Below are positions 49,248 to 59,208 of a DNA stretch of 64,000 nt, piece after piece. Made by a program: the position numbers and the translations under genes. Source of the stretch: Candidatus Thorarchaeota archaeon (lineage in GTDB: Archaea; Asgardarchaeota; Thorarchaeia; Thorarchaeales; Thorarchaeaceae); assembly GCA_018335335.1 (NCBI GenBank), contig JAGXKG010000002.1:87239-151238 (forward strand), in the 5' to 3' direction. A model generated the notes under the pieces. It saw only the letters and a program-made list of their open reading frames with translations, was not told the DNA's origin and made no database searches. Position 1 is the first letter of the stretch. Every line of letters starts with the position of its first letter.

Positions 49248-49846
49248 GAATGCATTTCTTTTTGTTTTGGTACATCAGTATCTGAACCATGGAGAACTCG
49301 TCCACATTCTGCACACAGCATAGGTTTCGATTTGTAGACGGCACCACACTCGCATATAGTACGAATTTGCTCAGGTGGCTCAGGTTCGGCTTCAGTTAAC
49401 AATCTTCCCTTAATATGGACTACAGGTACAGCAGTTGGAACCGACAGAAGTGCAGTGGGTATAGCTTGAATGAACTGAGATAAAAGAAACGAATTTCGTT
49501 CAACCATGTCACCAAACCACATTGACGGATTCTGCAAGAATACTGATAAAACTGACAGGACGCCAATAATCCCCCCTATCCATAAAGCGGTCCTGATACT
49601 ATTGCCTTCTGATACCGAAAAAATACCTGCTATGATTCCAGTGGTTAACCAGATGGAAATGTAGGTTATGATCATATTTGAATTCAGGATAACCGATATT
49701 GCTGAATTGAGCGTAGCTCCTCCAGCAATAAGAAACCCGATAATATCAAATGGTGAAGGATATGCGGGAACACCTACTTGCATGAGTGCGACTGCCAAAT
49801 ACGACCCTAGTAGAACAGAGGTAATCGCCCCCATTAGGTTTCTCAT
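49244..49846 (-). CDS. Membrane protein with a C-terminal zinc ribbon
   Basis: Five TM helices followed by CECGAVYKSKPMLCAECG. Confidence 0.5.
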   Translation of the reverse strand: MRNLMGAITSVLLGSYLAVALMQVGVPAYPSPFDIIGFLIAGGATLNSAISVILNSNMIITYISIWLTTGIIAGIFSVSEGNSIRTALWIGGIIGVLSVLSVFLQNPSMWFGDMVERNSFLLSQFIQAIPTALLSVPTAVPVVHIKGRLLTEAEPEPPEQIRTICECGAVYKSKPMLCAECGRVLHGSDTDVPKQKEMHS

Positions 49847-49899
49847 TCTGTGATATCCACCTTCTCTGGTACTACCTGAGTGACTATTGCCCCCTCTTA

Positions 49900-50063
49900 A
49901 TCTTTTGTCAGTATGACATTACCGTTTTACTGATAACACGTTTCTTACAGTTGAATGAGTGAACCCAACTGCGGAAACTTCTGTGTTCCACCCTTCCCCT
50001 GCCCGGCGTCACCACCATACCGAGGCGCTACCCCCAGCCAAGCAAGGGCTTTGGCCGTCATCA
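49900..50063 (-). ncRNA. Candidate TnpB-associated omega-RNA (reRNA) scaffold / IS right end
   Basis: GC-rich, structured region immediately 3' of the tnpB remnant on the minus strand. Plus-strand ORFs here are antisense and unconvincing. Confidence 0.25.
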
Positions 50064-51123
50064 TCAGGACACGGTCCCTCCTCCGGTCTCGGCTTCTGTC
50101 TCCTGCCCGTGTCCAGGTACATCACACCCGGGGGCAGTGAGGTTTTCCACAGCTTTTGCCACGGCGGAGTTATTATCACTCGGTCCAGTCTCGTCACCGA
50201 AGCTGGACAGGTCCAGTTGAACAAAGCGAACAGCCGCGGACTCTCCCCGGCCTGATGGAGGACCGTTATGGGAGAGTGAGGACTTCTGCTTAGAAGAACA
50301 AGTCTTCCTCACAGCCTTCGGGGCTGAACCGTTCCCCCGTTTGGGGGTGGCCCACCGCCCTAGTCCGGTCTCATCCTTAAGTGAAGGAATGAGCGTGAGT
50401 AAACGACGTGCGATATTCAGGGAGCCGTTGCGGTCAGCATTGGTGCGGAAGCCGCACGTGTGGCACACGAACAACGACTGCTTAGGACGTACTCCCTTGT
50501 TGCCACACTTCCAGCACATAATCGAGGTCCAGTTCTCAGGTACCGCGTGAAAGTGGCTCTCCTTGCCTTCCACTTCCCACCCGAGCTGTTCGAGTCCGTG
50601 TTTGAGGCCCTCGGTGATACGCGAAAAGCTCCACCTGTGCACCATGCCCCTGAACTTGGAACCTTTGTAATTGCCGCGTCTAGCAGCATTCCGGATTCCC
50701 TTGAGCCTGCCAGTCATGACTCTGAGTACGTATGGATTTTCCTCCTCGGATTTCCTTGGGGCCATGAACTCGCTGAAATCATCTGAGTCCTTGTCATCGC
50801 TCATGATGAATTCCTTCCCTTAGAAAAAGTTCGCGATTTTCATGGCTTGAAACTGGATTGACGATAGATGGAGTTATCAAGCCGTTGAGTCCACATTGAG
50901 CCCGGGAACGTTGGCGGTTTGATGCAAGACTCACCTCTCCCTGATACTGTTGGGGCTTTCGGTGTCCATATCGTTTCGTAATCGCTTGAGCAGTTCTCTG
51001 GGTTGGTTGTTTCAGCATAGGTAGCCCGTTCATAGGACATATCCTCCCGTAAGCTACTAGGATATCGTTGACATCAATCTTTCGTTTTTTTGCCCGGGAT
51101 ATAGGAGGGCTTTGAGAGTCCAT
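50064..51123 (-). pseudogene. tnpB: Frameshifted, N-terminally truncated IS200/IS605-family TnpB (OrfB) remnant, on a GC-rich island
   Basis: The C-terminal ORF carries RuvC-II/III and the zinc ribbon (CWKCG...CHTCGF...NADRNGSLNIARR). An upstream ORF in another frame carries the RuvC-I-like KIDVNDILVAYG and a GEVSLASNRQRSRAQ helical segment. GC is about 58-60% against about 45% in flanking DNA. Confidence 0.6.
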
Positions 51124-51774
51124 CTGAGCAGTTATACTAGTTTCTACAAATTCATTCCCCTTTAGAAATTCTAGATTTCGTCAATCAGGGCTATAGATGC
51201 CCAGATGAAAAGTCCTTTGCCGTAGGTTCCCGGTCTTTATGGTTTTTAGTCACCATTTTCGGCATCATCGTAACAGACATTCATATTATGCTCAGAGATC
51301 GGCAATGCTCATGACTCTATGGTCTGTCAAACAACCATTTCATACGAGCAGTAATGGGAGCTGCACCTTGACGAATCCAGCTCAGCTTGTTTGCCGCTGA
51401 TATAGGAACTTTCATCGAAGCTTGCTGGAGGTTTGACCTTAAGAAACAGACGGGCCCTTTCTGAAAATATCTATTCCAGCACAACAAGACAAATAGACTT
51501 TCTTTCACCCCGCCAGCTTGATTACTTTTGTGGGGTAGATGGAAATTTTACAATTATTTTACACTTGAGAGTGTTGATTTATTTAGGATTATGTAAAATT
51601 CGCTGCTCTCCTGATGTTGATATTCGGTATATCACCTTTACATTGATTAGGACAGATTGAAGCTGTTATCATGGCGAGAACTTGACCGCAATGCTTTTCA
51701 GATTGCCGCCGATGCATTGCAATGCAGAGCCGGGTTGATGTCTGTCCTACTGCCCCCGAAGAGGTGCACATAAA

Positions 51775-52776
51775 ATGGCTAGTGATTTAGAGCGAGCTCT
51801 ATCCAAGCTTAGGTTTGACGAACAGGTGCTTGGCTATTCCTTAATGACGAAGGTTGGCAGACCATTTGTTAGCTTTTCATTCCCTGACGAGCTTTTCCCA
51901 CGAGTAAAGGACAGTATTGCCCTCTACGAGTCTGATTTGCGTCTTATGACCATTGATACCGAACGAGGGCTTGTTGTATTATCCCCAGTTGATAGTAACT
52001 GGATTCTTACAGTTCTCTACGAACCTGAACTACAGCTTGGGCTTGCAATAGCTAAAACAAAGAATGTGCTTCGATTACTAGAAGGTATTGAGCTCCCCCC
52101 TCCACCTGATGAGTTTGAAGAATCTGCAGAATCCAATTTAGAGGTTTTGGAGAGTATTGCAATACAGGCAGCTTCCACGGAAACGGAACCAACCGTGTCC
52201 GAAGCGCAACCTCAGCCAGCTACTCGAGCAGAACCTGTAGAAAAAGAACCCAAAAAAGAAGCAGAACCAGAACCTGAAGAGGAGATAAAACCACGAGATT
52301 TCAATGTTAAGCCAGATACTGTACCAGAGCGTCACAACCAATACTCTAGTGCATTGTCTCTAGACTCGGACTTATACAAAGAGATGAAGGACAAGTATCG
52401 TAATTTCGGTTTTGATGTCTTGATGCTTGTTGATAACAGAACCAGTGTCGAAGATATTGCTGATGCTATGCTGCAGCCCCATGAGAGAATCATGGAATTA
52501 TTGCGTTGGGCAGCCACAAAGCGGATTATTGATTTGCCTCGCGCAGAGAGAACTGAAGGTGCCGACCGCACACTGGGTCGTTTCGTCAAGTGCCCCCATT
52601 ACAAAGGGAATGAATCGAAAGTTGATTCAGACGATCGGAACATAATTAGTCTTTGTGATGGAACTCATACACCAGAACAGATTGCTGAGATGACTGAAGA
52701 GCCTCTCAACAAGGTTATTCGGGTAATTGCTAAATATCGGAAAGAAGGTCTTGTCATGATTGGCAAAACTCTGTAA
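51775..52776 (+). CDS. Roadblock/LC7-domain protein with a C-terminal tandem wHTH-like region (module 2, paralog)
   Basis: Colinear with 47207-48088: N-terminal KLRFDE...VVLS..D..W.L.VL.EP, an acidic Pro-rich linker (PPPPDEFEE), and the C-terminal LCDGTHTPEQIAE motif. Confidence 0.6.
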   Translation: MASDLERALSKLRFDEQVLGYSLMTKVGRPFVSFSFPDELFPRVKDSIALYESDLRLMTIDTERGLVVLSPVDSNWILTVLYEPELQLGLAIAKTKNVLRLLEGIELPPPPDEFEESAESNLEVLESIAIQAASTETEPTVSEAQPQPATRAEPVEKEPKKEAEPEPEEEIKPRDFNVKPDTVPERHNQYSSALSLDSDLYKEMKDKYRNFGFDVLMLVDNRTSVEDIADAMLQPHERIMELLRWAATKRIIDLPRAERTEGADRTLGRFVKCPHYKGNESKVDSDDRNIISLCDGTHTPEQIAEMTEEPLNKVIRVIAKYRKEGLVMIGKTL

Positions 52777-52805
52777 CTAACAATTATTGTCGAGGTAACC
52801 CCAAA

Positions 52806-53282
52806 ATGGTTAGCGTCAGAAACCCCTTATTGGTAACTTTGTACTCTCGAATCGTTGACAAGGTTTTGGCCACGACTGAAAGTATTGAAGAAGCCAACGA
52901 CGAACTCCGCGAAGTGGGCCGAAGTATATCAACCAACTTATATCTTAACTCTGAAATCGCCCAGAACACAAAGGAAACTATCCAAACTAGGGAAGACGTA
53001 TCAAAGCTAGTAGAGGTAGTTTTCAGAGAGCTTTACGACAGAAAGCCCGACGATATCGATATGGATACCGCCCGTGGAAGTGTGCGAATCACTGACGAAG
53101 AATGTGTATGGTGTCAAGATGTTCATCTTGAAGGGATGAGGGGATTTGGATACGGCGAGATTTTCAGTGGTATTCTGGAGGCAATTTTGGAGCTCAAGGG
53201 CGTCGATGCTAAAGTCTTCCAAGAAATGTCTCGAGCAACTGGCTCTGACCGCTGCATATGGAATGTGCGGCTCGTCTGGTGA
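52806..53282 (+). CDS. V4R-domain (Bet3/TRAPP-fold) protein (module 2)
   Basis: EECVWCQDVHLEGMRGFGYGEIFSGILEAIL...DRCIWNV Cys pattern. Confidence 0.7.
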   Translation: MVSVRNPLLVTLYSRIVDKVLATTESIEEANDELREVGRSISTNLYLNSEIAQNTKETIQTREDVSKLVEVVFRELYDRKPDDIDMDTARGSVRITDEECVWCQDVHLEGMRGFGYGEIFSGILEAILELKGVDAKVFQEMSRATGSDRCIWNVRLVW

Positions 53283-53343
53283 TGTCTTAAGTGTGGTAAT
53301 CACAATAAAGCACATATGAGATGCCAGTATCATTTAGTAAGGA

Positions 53344-53895
53344 GTGCTCCCGATGTCAAATGAAGTCATTGAATGGTGGAAAGGTCGACTTGATTCTAAT
53401 GAACTTATGAAGGCCTTCTTCGCGAAAACTTGGACAAAACTTGGTGCTAGAATTGAGGTTCTCTTCCCTGATCGCGTTAGGGATCTTTACTACAGCGCTG
53501 GAAGGTTAGCAGGCTTGGAGGCACAAAGGGAGTATTTCAAGATAGGAGAGCAGACACCTCCTGGTGATTTCAAAGGTATAATTGAATTCATCACAATGGC
53601 CTTAGAACGTCTCATAGTGCCTTTTGGAGAAATTGAGATTGCTAAACTCTACAAGCTATTTCTCGATGAGGAAGCTATCATCGAAATCAAGGAAAACCCA
53701 TACGCTTCTGGTATGGATTCAGAGGAGCCAGCCTGTTATTACTTGCGAGGTTTCATTGAATCAATTATGGAGTACCTTACGGACTACAATCGAATAGATT
53801 ACGAGACACTGGAGATTGAAGAAGAAACGTGTATGGCAATGGGCGATGAAGCCTGTAGTTTCCATATCAAGATGAGCTACCCTCCGCGGGGATAG
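53344..53895 (+). CDS. Second V4R-domain protein (module 2)
   Basis: PACYYLRGFIESIMEYL...EETCMAMGDEACSFHI. Confidence 0.6.
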   Translation: MLPMSNEVIEWWKGRLDSNELMKAFFAKTWTKLGARIEVLFPDRVRDLYYSAGRLAGLEAQREYFKIGEQTPPGDFKGIIEFITMALERLIVPFGEIEIAKLYKLFLDEEAIIEIKENPYASGMDSEEPACYYLRGFIESIMEYLTDYNRIDYETLEIEEETCMAMGDEACSFHIKMSYPPRG

Positions 53896-53971
53896 GCATC
53901 CATATGTATAGCAATGTAACAAACATATCGCTTAATTGCAGATACTCCTATTTGCTACTTGGTTAAAAGCA

Positions 53972-54733
53972 ATGAGTGTTGGAACAAGGACTAAAGGACT
54001 TCTGGCTGCGACGGTAATGGCTCTCATGATGTCGGGGCTTGCAGTCTTCTTGATTTTCACTGTTCAGAACGGATCGACAGCAATTTCAGCTAATGAAGTT
54101 AGTGAGGCTGCAAGTGTACATCAGGCAACCGTTGACTGTGATTTCAATTTGTCCTCGGTGAAGATGGGCACATCGGTGATACTGGAAGATACCATAACCA
54201 ACACTCTTGGCAGTATCATCCCATCTATACTGATTATAGGAACAATTTCAGTTGATACAGGAGAAGACAAACATGACACTCTGCGGGCTAGAATTCTCCA
54301 TGAAATTGAGAGTTTCCCTGGTATTCACCTTCGAGAACTCAGGCGACATCTAGATTGTGCTATGGGTGCACTTCAATACCATCTTTCCAATCTAGAAGAA
54401 GCAGAATTGGTAGTCTCCCATAGAATGGGTAACACTCGCCATCTATTCATTGACGGCTTCACATCCGAAGAACGGAATATGGAACTTGCATCTTTGATTC
54501 GCAATCCAACAGTAGGTTCTATTATCCAACAGTGCCTAGCCGAATCTGAAATCACACAAGCAGAACTCAGTCGAGTTCTCTCATTGGATAAGAGCTTAGT
54601 TTCATACTATGTTAGTAGTCTCTTAGATGCGGATATCGTTCAGAAGCTCAAGGTATTTGGCAGAGAAAAGCCATTGGTTGTCAAAGAATGGGCGGCAGAA
54701 GCTATATCCGACTTGGGCCTCGCTTTGGAGTAA
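53972..54733 (+). CDS. Membrane-anchored winged-helix (ArsR-like) regulator
   Basis: N-terminal TM helix, then the wHTH HEIESFPGIHLRELRRHLDCAMGALQYHLSNLEEAELV and a second HTH-like repeat. ATG at 53972 is preferred over the TTG at 53936. Confidence 0.5.
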   Translation: MSVGTRTKGLLAATVMALMMSGLAVFLIFTVQNGSTAISANEVSEAASVHQATVDCDFNLSSVKMGTSVILEDTITNTLGSIIPSILIIGTISVDTGEDKHDTLRARILHEIESFPGIHLRELRRHLDCAMGALQYHLSNLEEAELVVSHRMGNTRHLFIDGFTSEERNMELASLIRNPTVGSIIQQCLAESEITQAELSRVLSLDKSLVSYYVSSLLDADIVQKLKVFGREKPLVVKEWAAEAISDLGLALE

Positions 54734-54804
54734 TCTTTGGTTATATGCAGTAATGGTATACAGATGAATTCAATTCAACTGCAGACCGTTGGGATGGAAT
54801 AACA

Positions 54805-55554
54805 ATGCATGAAGACACTATACTTGGAAGCGATGAAACCGATATTGAACTTGACTTGGATGATTTGGAGGGTGCCAAGCATGCGATTAGGCTAGACAAG
54901 GTCTCTAGGATCTACGAACTCGATGGGCACGAAATTCAAGCAGTACAGGATGTAACTATGCAAGTTACCCCTGGTGAATTTGTCGCGATTAGTGGACCTT
55001 CAGGCTCGGGGAAAACAACCTTACTCAATATTATAGGTTGCATCGACTGTGCCTCCTCTGGCAGAGTATATGTAATGGATGTACCAATAGGTGATTATGA
55101 TGAAACTTTCAGAGCCACTTTCAGACTGACTTATACTGGTTTCATTTTTCAAAGCTACAATTTGATTTCAACACTAACTGCGCTTGAAAATGTGATGTTT
55201 CCCATGCAGCTGTCTGAGCGAAAACTCAGGACAATACGGTCTGAAGCTTCTGATCTTCTCAAGCGGGTAGGACTATCTGAACGGGAAGAACACCTTCCTT
55301 GGCAGCTAAGCTCAGGAGAGCAACAGAGAGTAGCTATAGCACGGGCAATGGCAAATAATCCCCCTCTGATTCTTGCAGATGAACCTACTGCTAACCTTGA
55401 TGCGGAAAGCGCAACGATGGTAAGAGACTTGCTAACCGCTTTGAATCGTGAAGGCAAAACGGTAGTTACAATGACTCATGATGAGCGGCTATTGTCTCTT
55501 TCCGATGCTCACAGATACGAAATGAAAAATGGGGTGTTGAGACCTCATGAGTAA
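54805..55554 (+). CDS. ABC transporter ATP-binding protein (MacB/LolD-type)
   Basis: Walker A GPSGSGKTT, signature LSSGEQQRV, Walker B ILADEP. Confidence 0.85.
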   Translation: MHEDTILGSDETDIELDLDDLEGAKHAIRLDKVSRIYELDGHEIQAVQDVTMQVTPGEFVAISGPSGSGKTTLLNIIGCIDCASSGRVYVMDVPIGDYDETFRATFRLTYTGFIFQSYNLISTLTALENVMFPMQLSERKLRTIRSEASDLLKRVGLSEREEHLPWQLSSGEQQRVAIARAMANNPPLILADEPTANLDAESATMVRDLLTALNREGKTVVTMTHDERLLSLSDAHRYEMKNGVLRPHE

Positions 55555-57421
55555 GCAGGACTATGCATCACAGGATCTAAAGCGGAGACCTCTCCGTACC
55601 GCTCTTGTTATGGCAACCATGACCACGGTTGTCGCAGCCACCGTCTTCTTGTTCCTTTTTGGTAATGTGTTGCTAGATATCACCTTTTTGATAACTTCCG
55701 AAGCTTCAACGTCCTCTCTAATAGTGTTTTTTGAAGGATTCATATGGACATCATTGATACTTGTCCTCCTTCTTGGTGCTGTAGTAGTGACCAGTACTGT
55801 TTCATTAGAAATGAGCAGTAGACGGAAAGATATTGGACTAATGAAATCAATTGGAACCTTGATGGATACAGTTTTCGATCATTTCATGGCTCAGGCAATG
55901 ATTCTGGTAGTCAGTAGTCTTGTTCTTGGATTTTCCTTTGGTACCATTTTTTACTTGGCTGGAATGATGTGGCTGGGAAGTGTTGTACCTAATGTCCAGT
56001 TTACTTTCAACTTCCCCTGGGTTCAGTTGTTAATCTTGGCGTTAATCTACATTGCTGGTGGCTACTTTGCTGCCCAGAAGCCAATCTATGACGCTGTCCA
56101 TGAATCGCCTATTTCCGCAATGAATCCCAATGCAGCTACAACGGTTCATAAGAGAGGATTTTTTGATTCCTTCGGTCTATCGTTCAGAGTGGCAACAAGG
56201 AGTGTTGGCAGAAAAATTGCGGGTTCGAAGAAGACGTTGGTTGCAGTTGGCTTGAGTATCGCACTTGCGTCATTGCTGTGGGTTGGCGGCGGTGTTGTAC
56301 AAACAACCACAGACGCCTATGTATCAAGGGCAATGGGAACCAACGTAGTTGCAATTGGAAATCCAAGTATGCTAGATAGGTATTATTCTGCTTATTCATT
56401 TTCCGGTGATACCCTAAATGATTCCTTCAGTTATTTGGATGAAACAGATTTGATACCGAATGAGTTGGTAACTGAACTTGAGAATATGACCGGAGTTATT
56501 CACTCAGAATCTCGGCTTGTTGACTATACTGCTGTCTCTGAGGGACCGGCTTACATTTGGAATCCTGAAACGAACGAGTATGAACGCATTGGTGGAGATA
56601 GAACTGGTTCTGCACTAATCATGGGCGTGGAGTGGCAGAATAGCATATCCGATTGGTATTTTGAAGGAGAGGAGGAACAGCTTTCTCTTGACGAATTCGC
56701 TGGCACGAGAAAGACTGCAATCGGTGGAAGAATGGCGAATACTCTATTTGAAGATCCTATGATTCAAAGTTTGGGCGTTGCAGGTGCATCATTCGATGTA
56801 GGCGCAATTGCCTTTGATATACTGAATGGGGGCATGGTAGCGATGATTTCTTTTTCGGAGATGCAAGAAATCTGGGACGTGTCTGGTCCCAATCTCTTTT
56901 TGGTGCAGCTTGATGAATACGATTCAACAATTCTCTCTCAGCTTGAGGATATCGCTTCTGATTATGGATTCGCTGTTCATCATCAACAAGAGACACTTAA
57001 AGGCAATATTGACTATATTGCCGGTCTTTGGAATCTTCTACAACCCTTGGCAATAATGGCCTTAGCTAGCGCGTTTCTGAGTCTAGTAAACTACTTGCTT
57101 GTCTCTATATTTGGCAGATTGAGAGACTACATCATCATGCGGTCTGTTGGTGCCAAACCAAGTTTCATTGCTCGCACGATGATTGCTGAGGGTCTAGAAA
57201 TCGGCATGAAATCAGGCGTTCCGGCCATATTTGGCGCAATTCTCTTCAGCATATACCTTCTCGTTCCAGAAGCTGCAGTTCCAACGGTGCTCTATCTTCC
57301 TGTCTCTGTTGCAGTAATGTTATTAGCGGTGGGTTTGGTGGTCGTTTTGGCCGCCATTCCCGTGTATCTCCTATTTACTTCTGAATCCCGAAATCTGAGG
57401 GTATCCGAATTTTCTATTTAG
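55547..57421 (+). CDS. FtsX/MacB-type ABC permease with a large extracytoplasmic domain
   Basis: N-terminal TM helix, approximately 250-aa periplasmic-like domain, and a C-terminal FtsX TM bundle. Start overlaps the ATPase stop. Confidence 0.75.
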   Translation: MSKQDYASQDLKRRPLRTALVMATMTTVVAATVFLFLFGNVLLDITFLITSEASTSSLIVFFEGFIWTSLILVLLLGAVVVTSTVSLEMSSRRKDIGLMKSIGTLMDTVFDHFMAQAMILVVSSLVLGFSFGTIFYLAGMMWLGSVVPNVQFTFNFPWVQLLILALIYIAGGYFAAQKPIYDAVHESPISAMNPNAATTVHKRGFFDSFGLSFRVATRSVGRKIAGSKKTLVAVGLSIALASLLWVGGGVVQTTTDAYVSRAMGTNVVAIGNPSMLDRYYSAYSFSGDTLNDSFSYLDETDLIPNELVTELENMTGVIHSESRLVDYTAVSEGPAYIWNPETNEYERIGGDRTGSALIMGVEWQNSISDWYFEGEEEQLSLDEFAGTRKTAIGGRMANTLFEDPMIQSLGVAGASFDVGAIAFDILNGGMVAMISFSEMQEIWDVSGPNLFLVQLDEYDSTILSQLEDIASDYGFAVHHQQETLKGNIDYIAGLWNLLQPLAIMALASAFLSLVNYLLVSIFGRLRDYIIMRSVGAKPSFIARTMIAEGLEIGMKSGVPAIFGAILFSIYLLVPEAAVPTVLYLPVSVAVMLLAVGLVVVLAAIPVYLLFTSESRNLRVSEFSI

Positions 57422-57466
57422 GAACGTATTTAGGCGAATCTTAAAGCCTGAACATGAGGACGAAGA

Positions 57467-59140
57467 ATGCCCCCGCAAGCCGAAGAAGAATTCTCAATTC
57501 ACTGGATTGATGATGTTGTTTCAGACGTGTTAGAACGCGATACCGACGAATACTTGGTTTCTACAGGCAAGAGTCCAAGCGGTAGTATCCATATTGGATT
57601 CATGCGGGAATTAGTCATCGCTGATGTTATTACAAGAAGACTTCAAGATTTGGACAAGAATGCAAGAATGATGTTTGTTGTTGATGATTATGATCCAATC
57701 CGCTCATTTCCTGATGGAGTGTCTCTCCCGATAGATGAATGGTCTGGCATTCCATATTCTCGCATCCCTGATGAATTTGGATGTTGCAAGAGTTTCGGTG
57801 CTCATTATGCCAATGAATTGATAGAATCTTTCCCTGATTTTGGGGTCGATCCAGATGTTGTTTGGACAAGCAAAATCTACGAAACTGAAGAAATGCTGGA
57901 TGCTGTGAGAATATGCCTTCGTCATACTGAGACAATAAGGGAAATAATGGTTGAATACGTAGCTAGTGACTTTGATGACGAACAACGTGAGGAATACCTG
58001 AAAGGTATGGAATCATGGTTTCCTGCTTCAGTTGTCTGTCCCAAATGTGGGCATCTTCAGTCTGGTACGAAAGGTGCAATCGAACCAAATAGGGTAACAG
58101 ATTATGATGCAGAGAAAGACCTGATAACTTTCGAGTGTCAGGAATGCGGCTATTCGGACACACTGCCACTTGATGAACTCAAGATTAAACTCACTTGGAG
58201 AGTTGATTGGCCCGCGAAGTGGTATATCTATGATGTTACATGCGAGCCGGCTGGAAAGGACCACTCAGTAAAAGGTGGCTCATATGATACAGGTCTAGAA
58301 GTCTCCCGTCGGGTCTTTAATGAACAAGGGCCTGTGAAGGTCGCCTATGAATGGGTTCGGATTGGCGGTCGCGATATGGCCACTTCTGAAGGGATTGTTT
58401 TCACACCTGACGCATGGACCAAAATTGCTCCCCCCGAGGTCTACAGATACCTTATGCTCAAGACCGATTTAAGGCGTGCGATAAACATAGAACCTGAAAG
58501 ACTGCCTGAACTTATCGATGAATATGATAGATTCGAGCGGATTTACTACGGGCTTGAAGAAGGTACTGAAGAAGAAATAGAGGTAGCCCAATTGGTATAT
58601 CCTCTAACTCAGGTTCATCCTGTAAGAGATACCTATTGTCCCAAGCTTCCGTTCAAGTTCGCAAAGGAAGTATCTCAACTTGAAGATTTCCTAGGTCCAG
58701 AGGTTGTTATGAATCGATGCAAGGAAGCTATCAAAAAGCAATATGACCTCAATCAGGTATCTGAAGAAGCTATCTCACATATCCGAGTGAGGTTGCAAAG
58801 AGCAAAGAATTGGGTAAACCAATTTGGTTCAGATAGTGACAAGCTGACAATTAGAGATACTGTGCCAGATGAATTCAGCATGAAGTTATCTCCAGAGGAA
58901 AAGGAGTTTTTGGAAAAAATGCTGGACCTACTTCAGAGTGGACCGCTGGAAGACGAAGAGATTCAAAGTGCAGTTTTTGAGAATGCACGAGATATTGGTA
59001 TCAAGGTAGGAAAAGCATTCGGTGTGTTCTACAAACTTCTGATTTCACGTAGACATGGACCTAGACTGGGCCCATTCATAAATCTCTTGGGTCGAGAGTG
59101 GGTAGTTGAGCGATTGGAGGCTGTCTTACAGAGGAAGTAA
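57467..59140 (+). CDS. lysS: Lysine--tRNA ligase, class I
   Basis: HIGH-type motif GSIHIGFMRE and a Cys cluster (CPKCGH...CQECG) typical of archaeal class I LysRS; approximately 557 aa. Confidence 0.8.
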   Translation: MPPQAEEEFSIHWIDDVVSDVLERDTDEYLVSTGKSPSGSIHIGFMRELVIADVITRRLQDLDKNARMMFVVDDYDPIRSFPDGVSLPIDEWSGIPYSRIPDEFGCCKSFGAHYANELIESFPDFGVDPDVVWTSKIYETEEMLDAVRICLRHTETIREIMVEYVASDFDDEQREEYLKGMESWFPASVVCPKCGHLQSGTKGAIEPNRVTDYDAEKDLITFECQECGYSDTLPLDELKIKLTWRVDWPAKWYIYDVTCEPAGKDHSVKGGSYDTGLEVSRRVFNEQGPVKVAYEWVRIGGRDMATSEGIVFTPDAWTKIAPPEVYRYLMLKTDLRRAINIEPERLPELIDEYDRFERIYYGLEEGTEEEIEVAQLVYPLTQVHPVRDTYCPKLPFKFAKEVSQLEDFLGPEVVMNRCKEAIKKQYDLNQVSEEAISHIRVRLQRAKNWVNQFGSDSDKLTIRDTVPDEFSMKLSPEEKEFLEKMLDLLQSGPLEDEEIQSAVFENARDIGIKVGKAFGVFYKLLISRRHGPRLGPFINLLGREWVVERLEAVLQRK

Positions 59141-59208
59141 TACCCCTCCGTAAGATGTATATTACTTATTCAAATGGCGCCCCGTACGATAGAGGATAGG
59201 AATAACAA

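Noticed and set aside
49955-50786. Plus-strand ORFs in the GC-rich island (49955-50140, 49959-50255, 50341-50550, 50460-50786)
   Set aside because: High GC inflates ORF length. The translations are Pro/Arg/Ser-rich with no motifs, and they are antisense to a recognisable TnpB remnant and its 3' region.
51124-51774. 650-nt AT-rich non-coding stretch, considered as a possible ncRNA or IS left end
   Set aside because: No convincing stem-loop architecture, tRNA-like or RNase P-like motifs were recognisable by eye. Composition resembles an ordinary archaeal promoter region upstream of module 2. It is left unannotated.
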